Shown here one piece after another: positions 30,367 to 38,438 of a stretch of 64,000 nt of DNA (position 1 is its first letter; each line of letters begins with the position of its first letter). The position numbers were made by a program, and so were the translations under genes. The notes beneath the pieces were generated by a model. It was not told the origin of the DNA and searched no databases. It saw nothing but the letters and a program-made list of their open reading frames with translations. The stretch is from an uncultured virus (IMG/VR IMGVR_UViG_3300028364_000031) (Duplodnaviria > Heunggongvirae > Uroviricota > Caudoviricetes), in IMG/VR virus record IMGVR_UViG_3300028364_000031; one strand, given 5' to 3'.

Positions 30367-30690
30367 ATGAAAATACTTATTTTTAAACATTCGCATACGT
30401 TCCAAGAGATCATCGCAAAAGTAGAGGATGATGTAGCTAATGATATTATCCAAAACGGTATACAATCCGTATCAGCCGTATCGGTAACTGATCCACTTGT
30501 TGTTATGGTTCAACATCAGGAGGCAGGTGTAGGAATCGCTCTAGCACCGTTTTCGTATGTACTCCACCATGACACTGCTATATTAGACACTTCGTCTATG
30601 TTAACAGCCTTTGAAGCATCATCGGAATTGGAAAAGGGTTACAAATCGCAAACTAGTGGTATAGCTATAGCATCCTCGCTACCAGCATAA
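30367..30690 (+). CDS. Hypothetical protein (possible Sm-like fold)
   Basis: EIIAKV..DPLVV..GIALAPF..Y...TSGI pattern. Confidence 0.7.
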   Translation: MKILIFKHSHTFQEIIAKVEDDVANDIIQNGIQSVSAVSVTDPLVVMVQHQEAGVGIALAPFSYVLHHDTAILDTSSMLTAFEASSELEKGYKSQTSGIAIASSLPA

Positions 30691-31023
30691 TTAACTCCAC
30701 ATGCGGAATGGGTTTGAGCTATTGGCTTGACCCAGTTCCCACCTCTTATCGATATACTGCTCTTGCTCTGTTATTTCATTGATCATTGCAGCCTCATCCC
30801 ACTCTTCGGGTGACGTATCCCAACATAGTGTAACGTTTCTCACTATACCATTTTCTTCATCGAACTGGTAGAAAAATGATACCCCACCCAAGGAAGTTCT
30901 GTTATTTTTATCTTGTCTTTTCTGCTCATACATTGCCTTCTTCGAGAGAAAATTGTTTACCAACAGGGTAATGTGTGAAACCTTTTTTGATTGTTCTGCG
31001 GTTAAAAGCTTTACTTGTTCCAT
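30691..31023 (-). CDS. Hypothetical protein
   Basis: 110 aa ORF filling the gap. Confidence 0.65.
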   Translation of the reverse strand: MEQVKLLTAEQSKKVSHITLLVNNFLSKKAMYEQKRQDKNNRTSLGGVSFFYQFDEENGIVRNVTLCWDTSPEEWDEAAMINEITEQEQYIDKRWELGQANSSNPFRMWS

Positions 31024-31061
31024 TTTGAATTATAAATATCGTTATATAATGTTATTTATCC

Positions 31062-31697
31062 ATGAACTTTTTAAAAGAACTTCAATTATTTGAATCAGAG
31101 AAAGCGGCACAGAAAGAGATTCAGTATTCTATTGATACTGTCAACGAGCTTTATAACGAGTGGAAAAAGGTTAAAAGGCGTATCAATGCTGTTAACATTG
31201 TTTCTACAACTGCTAACAAACTGTCTACCATATCACCTGCCATAATCAATAGGGTCCACGAGACGACTAGATTAAAAGCTGCTACACTTATTATGCGATG
31301 CTTAGATGCTCCCTATTGGAAACCTTTATCAGAAAAAGCTAATGTTTACAAAAAGTTATCTCCACTTCTGGGTGCATTAGAAGATTATGATGTTAGAACC
31401 GGTAATGGTTCTACGCTTAAACAAGCAGTGTTAACTAGAATGGGTGCAGCGTATAGTTTTCAAAACAGATTGGAGGATGGTTCCATTGTATTTGTGGCCT
31501 ACGATCCAAAGATAACTCCCAGTTATTTGAAATATCTTTTTGGAAATGAGGATAAGTTTGTAGTACAAACCTACAAGATGCAAATTCTTGGGATGCCCCA
31601 AGAATTTGCATCTCTTATAGATTTAATAAAGATTAACCACGAGAAAGGGGTTCAGAAATACAAAGCTTCTGGTGACAAAGTTAAACAATCGTCATAA
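31062..31697 (+). CDS. Late protein with CTS-like leader (MNFLKELQLFE)
   Basis: TATAAATA 31031-31038. Confidence 0.78.
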   Translation: MNFLKELQLFESEKAAQKEIQYSIDTVNELYNEWKKVKRRINAVNIVSTTANKLSTISPAIINRVHETTRLKAATLIMRCLDAPYWKPLSEKANVYKKLSPLLGALEDYDVRTGNGSTLKQAVLTRMGAAYSFQNRLEDGSIVFVAYDPKITPSYLKYLFGNEDKFVVQTYKMQILGMPQEFASLIDLIKINHEKGVQKYKASGDKVKQSS

Positions 31698-32518
31698 TTC
31701 CGGTTCTGTACCCGCCCTATAAGGTCTGTATGCCCTTTCGGGTTACATATCACTCTTGAGTTATGTCCCATCAACATATCGATGCTATCGTGGGTGTGGC
31801 CGTGTATCCAAACTCTTAGCGGAAGGTGATCAAACATACTCTCTAGTCCAGTGTTTGCAAACATGCAGTTCCGGTTAAAGCTGGTGCTCTTGAATCTAGG
31901 TGGAACAGATGCATGAGTGGGAAGATGGTGCGTAACTATAATAAGTGGGTCGTAATTTACATTCGCTCGTTCTATAGCCGCATTAAGAAACTCTCGCCCT
32001 TTACGATTTTCTTCTATCGTGGTATGGGGAGTAAAATCTCCCTGAATTTGGATATATTCATGTCCCATAAATTTTCCACCATCATAGATTGCCATAGGAT
32101 CACCACCATTAATGTCGGTCCACAGGGTAGAACCTGCTATTGTGAACTCGGTTTGCAGGTTAGAACCTGCGTTTGTGTCATCTTTTTTACCCGCAACGTC
32201 CATGGTTACAATCTCAGTATCATTATTCAATAATTTAATTTTGTCAAATTCTTGCTCAATTATGTTTTTCCATTTAGGGTATGCGCCTAATCGAGTGCCG
32301 TAATATTCATGATTTCCCGGAACATACAACACTTTCCGAAAGCGTTTATTACAATCTTTCAGAAATTCGTAATACGCATTCTGTGGGTGAGTTTCTATTA
32401 ATGGAAATTCACAAATGTCTCCCGCAAGGATCAAAATAGTTTCTTCTTCCCGTTCAGCTTTAGTAAGTTTATATTCTTTCATACCTTCAATATGAAGATC
32501 ACTAACGATTCGCAACAT
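31652..32518 (-). CDS. Calcineurin-like metallophosphoesterase
   Basis: SDLH, AGD, PGNHE, THH, HGHTH motifs. Confidence 0.92.
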   Translation of the reverse strand: MLRIVSDLHIEGMKEYKLTKAEREEETILILAGDICEFPLIETHPQNAYYEFLKDCNKRFRKVLYVPGNHEYYGTRLGAYPKWKNIIEQEFDKIKLLNNDTEIVTMDVAGKKDDTNAGSNLQTEFTIAGSTLWTDINGGDPMAIYDGGKFMGHEYIQIQGDFTPHTTIEENRKGREFLNAAIERANVNYDPLIIVTHHLPTHASVPPRFKSTSFNRNCMFANTGLESMFDHLPLRVWIHGHTHDSIDMLMGHNSRVICNPKGHTDLIGRVQNRNYDDCLTLSPEALYF

Positions 32519-32566
32519 GGTTTACTCCGATTATAAATAGTCGCATAACAATATAACATATTTAAT

Positions 32567-33295
32567 ATGAAAAGTCAAAACGAAAATAGTGGGTTTGGTA
32601 GAGTATTCCGCGAAGATGAAAGAGATAATAACTTTTTAGTCCGAGATATCATATCTATGGATACATTACCACCCATTGAAAAAAAGTTTTGGTGGGCTGA
32701 AGGGTGGCAAGGTGATCAAGGAAGGACACCAGAATGTGTGGTTTATAGCTGGTCACACTGGTTAGAGGATGGCCCAGTAATCCAAAATGTTATACCGGGT
32801 AGACCAAAACCAATGTTTGATACTACAGAATTGTATAATAAATGTCAACGCTGGGATGACATTCCCGGAACCCGATATGAAGGAACCACTGTGCGAGCCG
32901 GTGCTAAAATTCTACAAAAGCTTGGTTTAATTGATGAATATAGATGGGCGAGAACAGTGGATGAAGTTATAGCCTCTGTGACTCACCTTGGGCCTATGGT
33001 TGTTGGAACTGAATGGTTCGAAAACATGTCTAGGCCAACCAGTCACCGTCACATCTTAAGACCGTCAGGAAAGTCTAATGGTGGCCATGCGTACCTATTG
33101 AATGGTGTAGACACTACCAAAGAACTGTTCAGAATTAAAAACTCGTGGGGCACTAACTGGGGTGATCGAGGTCATGCATATATAAGCTTCAATAATTTTG
33201 AAAAGCTTCTTAACCGTCATGGTGAAGCGTGTGTCGCTTTCGAAAACAAAGCTTCTACAGTTCCCATTCTTGAAAGCCTAGAAGACCCTTCATAG
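32567..33295 (+). CDS. Papain-like cysteine peptidase (C1 family), late
   Basis: DQG.TPEC, GGHAY, KNSWG..WG..G; TATAAATA 32532. Confidence 0.9.
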   Translation: MKSQNENSGFGRVFREDERDNNFLVRDIISMDTLPPIEKKFWWAEGWQGDQGRTPECVVYSWSHWLEDGPVIQNVIPGRPKPMFDTTELYNKCQRWDDIPGTRYEGTTVRAGAKILQKLGLIDEYRWARTVDEVIASVTHLGPMVVGTEWFENMSRPTSHRHILRPSGKSNGGHAYLLNGVDTTKELFRIKNSWGTNWGDRGHAYISFNNFEKLLNRHGEACVAFENKASTVPILESLEDPS

Positions 33296-33604
33296 TTCAT
33301 AATCAAAGAGTTCATCCTCTTTATGTAAGAGGATGCATAGTTCAGCCAAGATATCCCCATGGCATGCTTTGGGTTTACAAAAGCAGCCTAGTGTTTTACC
33401 TTGGAGGGCTTTAACCTCGGTTCGATACTCTTCATCCAGTTCAGCTTTAGAATATGCATACTCCTTGAACCCGTCTATTTTTTCTTTGCGTGTGCCATCT
33501 TGCACAGGGTTTCCAAAGTATCCGTCCTGTCCCTTACCGGCCCTACCAATATACACATCGTAGTCATCACCTGATTTTATATTAATAACTTTTGGTCTTT
33601 CCAT
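33290..33604 (-). CDS. DUF4326-like protein
   Basis: DVYIGR..FGNP..LGCFCKPKACHGDIL. Confidence 0.85.
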   Translation of the reverse strand: MERPKVINIKSGDDYDVYIGRAGKGQDGYFGNPVQDGTRKEKIDGFKEYAYSKAELDEEYRTEVKALQGKTLGCFCKPKACHGDILAELCILLHKEDELFDYEL

Positions 33605-33671
33605 AAACTAATAATACTGGTTTGACTATCACTAGTCAAATAAATAGTTAGAATTAAAGATTAACCCAATC

Positions 33672-33887
33672 ATGAGAATAGAAACCATCATGGAAATAAG
33701 TGACAGCTTTGTTCGTGCATATCAATCGTATAAAAACCTTTTAAAGCGAAAAGATGAGCACGAATCTGAAGATTTACTCTTAACCAGAGTTGCTTTAATG
33801 TTTGGTATTGATAGTATTAAAAAGTTTAAAATGTTTGTTATGAATAAAGAAAAGAATGAAGAACGTATTGATCCATACAACTATTGA
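33672..33887 (+). CDS. Small late protein with CTS-like leader (MRIETIME)
   Basis: AATAAATA 33639-33646. Confidence 0.65.
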   Translation: MRIETIMEISDSFVRAYQSYKNLLKRKDEHESEDLLLTRVALMFGIDSIKKFKMFVMNKEKNEERIDPYNY

Positions 33888-33907
33888 AACTTTCGTTGTG
33901 AAAACTA

Positions 33908-34186
33908 ATGCCAGCTAAAATTAGAAGACTTTATTTTGAGCCGTTAAAGGGTAAGTACCACGCATTATTCATTGGACAAAACATTAAATCGTTTTATACT
34001 GAGGGGGAGTTTAGTTCACCTGTAGATATTGAGCATTTACAAGATTCTGTGAACCTGTTGATTGAAGTGTTTGATAAAGACGGGACTCAAGTCTTTGTGG
34101 ATAGAGTAACGATAATTGATAGGGATAATGTGCGAGTTGAATTTTTAGAAGACTTTGTGGGAAAGATTCATCTAATTATTTTTTAA
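33908..34186 (+). CDS. Hypothetical protein (possible virion beta-domain)
   Basis: IEHLQDS..IEVFD..G....D.V.I.D.DNV.V.F pattern. Confidence 0.65.
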   Translation: MPAKIRRLYFEPLKGKYHALFIGQNIKSFYTEGEFSSPVDIEHLQDSVNLLIEVFDKDGTQVFVDRVTIIDRDNVRVEFLEDFVGKIHLIIF

Positions 34187-34189
34187 AAC

Positions 34190-34265
34190 TGGTGCCGAAG
34201 GCTGGGATCGAACCAGCGACCTCATCATTACCAATGATGCGCTCTGCCAACTGAGCTACGACGGC
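34190..34265 (-). tRNA. tRNA-Thr(GGT)
   Basis: Cloverleaf, loop TT-GGT-AA, encoded CCA; two acceptor-stem mismatches. Confidence 0.9.
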
Positions 34266-34272
34266 TAAAAAT

Positions 34273-34347
34273 TGAAGACGGGAGTGGGATTCGAACCCAC
34301 GTAAACTGGTTTTGCAGACCAGCGCCTAACCACTCGGCCATCCCGTC
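34273..34347 (-). tRNA. tRNA-Cys(GCA)
   Basis: Cloverleaf, loop CT-GCA-AA, U73, ends TCA rather than CCA. Confidence 0.92.
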
Positions 34348-34355
34348 AATGGTAT

Positions 34356-34694
34356 TTACCAATAATATTCCTGTGGTCTTTTATTTAGAGGAAGTTCATA
34401 AGCATCCCAATCTTCATAATCTATGAGTTTGGTAATATTCTTAAGAGCAGCTTTCTCTTTTCTCCTATTCGGTACAACCACGAATTCGTGATGGAACTTA
34501 TTAGGTTCTTTTGACCACTTTGAGTAGTGCAATTCTAGGTCGTCTTCTCTCAACCCAAGAGAGTGTAGGTATTCATAGTTCCTTCTTTTGAAGTTATTAC
34601 TCCATCTACACTCACTTGCAAAAAACATACTCATCTTTACATTTAAGTTATCTTTTCTTGTGTTAGACATAATGATTTCTCCTGTTAGCGTCAA
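34356..34694 (-). CDS. Hypothetical protein
   Basis: AGGAG before MSNTRK (likely start ~34670). Confidence 0.7.
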   Translation of the reverse strand: MTLTGEIIMSNTRKDNLNVKMSMFFASECRWSNNFKRRNYEYLHSLGLREDDLELHYSKWSKEPNKFHHEFVVVPNRRKEKAALKNITKLIDYEDWDAYELPLNKRPQEYYW

Positions 34695-35105
34695 CTAATG
34701 GTCATCATATTTGCCTTTAAATTTCCTATTCATATACATATTCCTTATTTTAATTAATGTTCTGATCTCGGTTCTGGCTCTGTTGTATAGTTGCGTACTG
34801 CGCGTTTACCCGTATCATCAAATTCTGTTACTTCTCTTGTATAAAAAGTACTCTCTTTCCACTGTCATTATATTCGCTATTATAAGTGCGTATAGTGCCG
34901 TAGGCATCTATCTCGGTTTTATCCCCATCTACATTAGTGGTATCGTATACACTAGTGTTGGACAACGTGTGAATCCACAAGTATGTCAGTAGTGTTACTA
35001 TTGAGGCCGCTATAATTAAAATCGAAATAGGTTCCATTTGCTATTCTCCAAAAGTTGAACCCAGTATATCAATCAAATTAATATAAGTCAACCCCACCAC
35101 TACTT

Positions 35106-35771
35106 TTAACGACTATACAGTGATGTATAAATCTCCTCGGATAGTCCCAGATCGATGATGACTGGACGATTATTAAATACTCCCCAGTTGGCGGGGCGTA
35201 GTAGGTCTGGTAAGTGTAGTTCACAGTTTCCTACAAAGGATACGAAATCGTATGAAAAACTTTCTTCATTTTCCCAAACCTTTTGAGTCCATTCTTTTTC
35301 AAATTCCATTCTATGAGAGGCCGGTAGACTTCTATTGTGAGTAAGGTTACCAGCATAGTTAATAAGTTTTTCCATATTAAATCCCGACAACTGTTCAAAC
35401 TGTTGCTCATTTTTTAGTTTGGGGGCGTATTCTACATGTAGCCATGAAGGTTTATCAGCGGTTTCATCGTAGTCTATCATGGGAATGGTAACGCTACCGT
35501 CTGCATGTAGAGCTTGGGCGGTATAGAGCATGTAGCGCTCTTGTTCATTTTGGGCTAGACCTTTATTATTTTTAGCAATTTTAAGAACGGTTTTTCTTCC
35601 TTGGTATTCTACTATGAATGCTATTCTGGAGCTTCCTGCTCCAATTTTTTGAGCTTTTTGTTTAGCGTATTCTATACGGGCTTTGAATCCCCCTTTGTTA
35701 CCTTTATTGTATACTGATTTATCCCAATCGTCAGGTAGTGGTGCTTCTCGTAATATGTCACTAATTTTCAT
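35106..35771 (-). CDS. Protein kinase-like protein with CTS-like leader (MKISDILRE-AP)
   Basis: IGAGSSRIAF, VLKIA, QNEQE, DLLRPANWG, IIDLG; TAAATA ~28 nt upstream. Confidence 0.8.
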   Translation of the reverse strand: MKISDILREAPLPDDWDKSVYNKGNKGGFKARIEYAKQKAQKIGAGSSRIAFIVEYQGRKTVLKIAKNNKGLAQNEQERYMLYTAQALHADGSVTIPMIDYDETADKPSWLHVEYAPKLKNEQQFEQLSGFNMEKLINYAGNLTHNRSLPASHRMEFEKEWTQKVWENEESFSYDFVSFVGNCELHLPDLLRPANWGVFNNRPVIIDLGLSEEIYTSLYSR

Positions 35772-35775
35772 ATCG

Positions 35776-36609
35776 CTACTTCTTCTTTGCTGTCTTCTTA
35801 TTTACCGCTTTTTTCACAACAGTTTTCTTTTTATTGGATTTTTTCTTACGTGCAACTTTCTCTGGTTGCGGTGATAGTTGAATTGCCTTTTCACGCTCTT
35901 GTTGTAGTAGATGATCCCGTATGTACCAATCATATATTGGGAGTTCTGGAGAAAACCTATGTACTGAAAAATGAAATATTAGAACTTCAGCATTATCGTC
36001 CCATTCTGTGAACTCTTCAAAACTGCGATCCCAGCGTTTTTTAAATCTCCAAAACTCTCTAGGTTTGGTTGCAAACTCTTTAGTAATATCTTCATCATCT
36101 TTAGACGGATGTAACTCTGGTATAATTCCAGATTTCACGAGTTCAGATTTCGTTACAGCTTTTAATTTTTTGCTGTCAATATTTAGACATTCAAAACCAT
36201 ATCGAGCCATTGCCTTGCTCATGTCCGTATCTGGTTTCCAGTTGAAGTCTTTCAAACTGTGATCAGAATGATATGCAACATAAGTATCTTGTACAATGGC
36301 ATGTTTTTCTGGTAACCAATAGGTTTCCTTTTGTTCAATTTTGGTAGCCCCCGGATAATTTTTGGGGACAATATAAAGTCTAGTTTCTTTTGAATACCTA
36401 TACATGATGTGACACATGAAGGTATAGTCCAATTCAATTGGCAACTTTTTTCTAAAGTCTGACATTATTTTCCTTAATTTGGCGGAAGGCCGAGGTCTTG
36501 ATCCCCATGCGGCTACCCGCACCTTTCGATTAGCAATCGAAGCCAGTACCCCGACTGGTTGACCTTCCATTATTTTATTTAGTTTACCTGAATAGTTTGT
36601 TCGCGTCAA
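35776..36609 (-). CDS. Hypothetical protein, possibly ASCH/PUA-like, with Lys-rich tail
   Basis: KETYW..WKP..M....AR..F..RWD..WDDN.EV.IFHF pattern. Confidence 0.55.
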   Translation of the reverse strand: MTRTNYSGKLNKIMEGQPVGVLASIANRKVRVAAWGSRPRPSAKLRKIMSDFRKKLPIELDYTFMCHIMYRYSKETRLYIVPKNYPGATKIEQKETYWLPEKHAIVQDTYVAYHSDHSLKDFNWKPDTDMSKAMARYGFECLNIDSKKLKAVTKSELVKSGIIPELHPSKDDEDITKEFATKPREFWRFKKRWDRSFEEFTEWDDNAEVLIFHFSVHRFSPELPIYDWYIRDHLLQQEREKAIQLSPQPEKVARKKKSNKKKTVVKKAVNKKTAKKK

Positions 36610-36631
36610 GTATTTTGTTATAAATTATTAC

Positions 36632-36973
36632 ATGAGTTCAAATATAACATCCAAAGAAATAAAACACTTATTGAATGCATTGAAAGCTAGTGCAAAAAAG
36701 CGTAATATACCCTTCGATCTCACCACAGCGGATATTGATGATATTGGCATTCCCATATCCTGTCCAGTGTTGGGAATGCCCCTACACTTTAACACGGGTA
36801 AACCAAAACACAATTCTGTATCATTTGATAGGATTGATTCAACTAAGGGGTATACTAGAGACAACCTGATTGTTGTTTCCAATCGAGTGAATCAGTTAAA
36901 GGCAAACGCATCCCTAGAAGAGATGCGTAGGATTACTGATTTTTACGAAACTCTTCCAATTCATGACTCGTAG
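36632..36973 (+). CDS. HNH/endonuclease VII-like protein
   Basis: AKKRNIPFDL..CPVLG..SFDRIDSTKGY..DN..VVS...N..K. Confidence 0.8.
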   Translation: MSSNITSKEIKHLLNALKASAKKRNIPFDLTTADIDDIGIPISCPVLGMPLHFNTGKPKHNSVSFDRIDSTKGYTRDNLIVVSNRVNQLKANASLEEMRRITDFYETLPIHDS

Positions 36974-37026
36974 GATTGGATATTCGTTCTAAGGGCTTCT
37001 CCCTGTGCATAAGCTTTTCATTATAA

Positions 37027-37455
37027 TTACACCGTTTTTAAATTTTCCAATAATTGTTTATATACTAGTGCCGCACCACACTCATACTCTTGCGGAGAGT
37101 ATGTGTAGTATGGCAATAAACTTCTATCAAGTTCGGGAAGAATAATGCCCCAACTGGTCATAAGACCGTCCATTGAGTCAACATCTTCACAAAAATAACC
37201 AACAGGCCATTGGGTGTCAAAAGTTGTCGCTCGTGTTAGAGCAGCTTTCAGGGCTGCACTGTTACCACCCTTTAACACAATCATGGTTCTATCTTCATCG
37301 GTCCATTGTGATAAGACCTCTGTAGCCTGTGAAGAACTATTTTTGTACTTGGTGGTCATGGCCTGAATAACATGTGCAGCCTGAATACCATGTTGAACAT
37401 CCGACAAATATGAATGTCCTACAAAATATCCTCTATACTTGTACTTAATCGTCAT
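37027..37455 (-). CDS. Pth2-like peptidyl-tRNA hydrolase family protein
   Basis: GIQAAH, W....TMIVLKGG, F.ED...G.MT. Confidence 0.62.
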   Translation of the reverse strand: MTIKYKYRGYFVGHSYLSDVQHGIQAAHVIQAMTTKYKNSSSQATEVLSQWTDEDRTMIVLKGGNSAALKAALTRATTFDTQWPVGYFCEDVDSMDGLMTSWGIILPELDRSLLPYYTYSPQEYECGAALVYKQLLENLKTV

Positions 37456-37783
37456 AGCGAGTACTCTCCCCTAAAAGAATGTCCTCTAGTTTTTCGAATG
37501 TGGTAACCCATGCCAACACCTGATCACCGGGAATGACATTGATGTCAGTATTGTTTACCAAAATTCTAACCCCGTCACCAAATTCTATCTTACGTCTTGT
37601 AGATTGATTATTTGGTGTACGATTAGCATCATCAAAGACGCGGATACCGTCACTAAGTGTGTATGGTTTACTTCCCGTGCGCTTAGTGACAGTGGAACCT
37701 AATGGTATAGCACTGGCCGGTAGCAGAACTTTCACTTCACCCTCATAGTCTAGTAGGTTAATACTTGAATTTTCTGTTGTCAT
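37445..37783 (-). CDS. Hypothetical protein
   Basis: Overlapping operon gene. Confidence 0.7.
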   Translation of the reverse strand: MTTENSSINLLDYEGEVKVLLPASAIPLGSTVTKRTGSKPYTLSDGIRVFDDANRTPNNQSTRRKIEFGDGVRILVNNTDINVIPGDQVLAWVTTFEKLEDILLGESTRYDD

Positions 37784-38045
37784 TTTTTGATACCCATTCT
37801 ATAAATGTTTTCACTTGAGGATGTTCCAATAACTTCTCCAAGCTATAATATGATTTTGCCAACTCTTTGTTCGTTAAGAACTCGTGGAAGGCTGCGTGAC
37901 AGTCATGACAAACCATAACTGTGCTAGTATTCATTTCTTTAATAGTGTGTAACACTCTACACCATTTTTTGTTATGCATTTCCTTTGGAATCAAGTGATG
38001 TTTCGTTAAGACCAACTCTCTTTCACATGCTTCACATTGTTCCAT
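37758..38045 (-). CDS. Small HNH endonuclease-like protein
   Basis: CEAC..LTKHHLIP..VCHDCH...H. Confidence 0.8.
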   Translation of the reverse strand: MEQCEACERELVLTKHHLIPKEMHNKKWCRVLHTIKEMNTSTVMVCHDCHAAFHEFLTNKELAKSYYSLEKLLEHPQVKTFIEWVSKNDNRKFKY

Positions 38046-38049
38046 AATT

Positions 38050-38397
38050 TTAATCATACCCGAAAAATGGTTGACCAACAACTATTTTTGATATTAACTT
38101 TCTTTTAAATGCTGGTGTGCCCCTAAACTCATATTTCACAAACAATCCAGATGATATATCTTCTTCCATTGCAGCAATTGTTATACCTAAAATGGACTTT
38201 CCATAGGTATACCCGTTTGTTTTTGCATCTGGGCGTTTTGTACCATACGTTTCATGACGATACTGTTCTTGTAAAGCATACAGTGAAAAATCTAAATTGT
38301 CAACTCCAATTTCAAGAACTTCTCTCCGGTATGCACTCGCGGCTATTAAGAATTTTTTAGAAAGTTTATGTTTTTTATAATTAAAAAGTTTCATCAA
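38050..38397 (-). CDS. Hypothetical protein
   Basis: 115 aa ORF. Confidence 0.6.
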   Translation of the reverse strand: MMKLFNYKKHKLSKKFLIAASAYRREVLEIGVDNLDFSLYALQEQYRHETYGTKRPDAKTNGYTYGKSILGITIAAMEEDISSGLFVKYEFRGTPAFKRKLISKIVVGQPFFGYD

Positions 38398-38405
38398 TCA
38401 ATCTC

Positions 38406-38435
38406 AAAAAGAGGTGGGGAATATCCCCACCTTTT
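38406..38435 (-). terminator. Terminator after the TerD-family gene
   Basis: AGGTGGGGA-ATA-TCCCCACCT hairpin flanked by A/T tracts. Confidence 0.8.
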
Positions 38436-38438
38436 ACA

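Noticed and set aside
36632..38045. HNH-like genes as intron-encoded homing endonucleases
   Set aside because: Free-standing and short; no interrupted host gene is apparent
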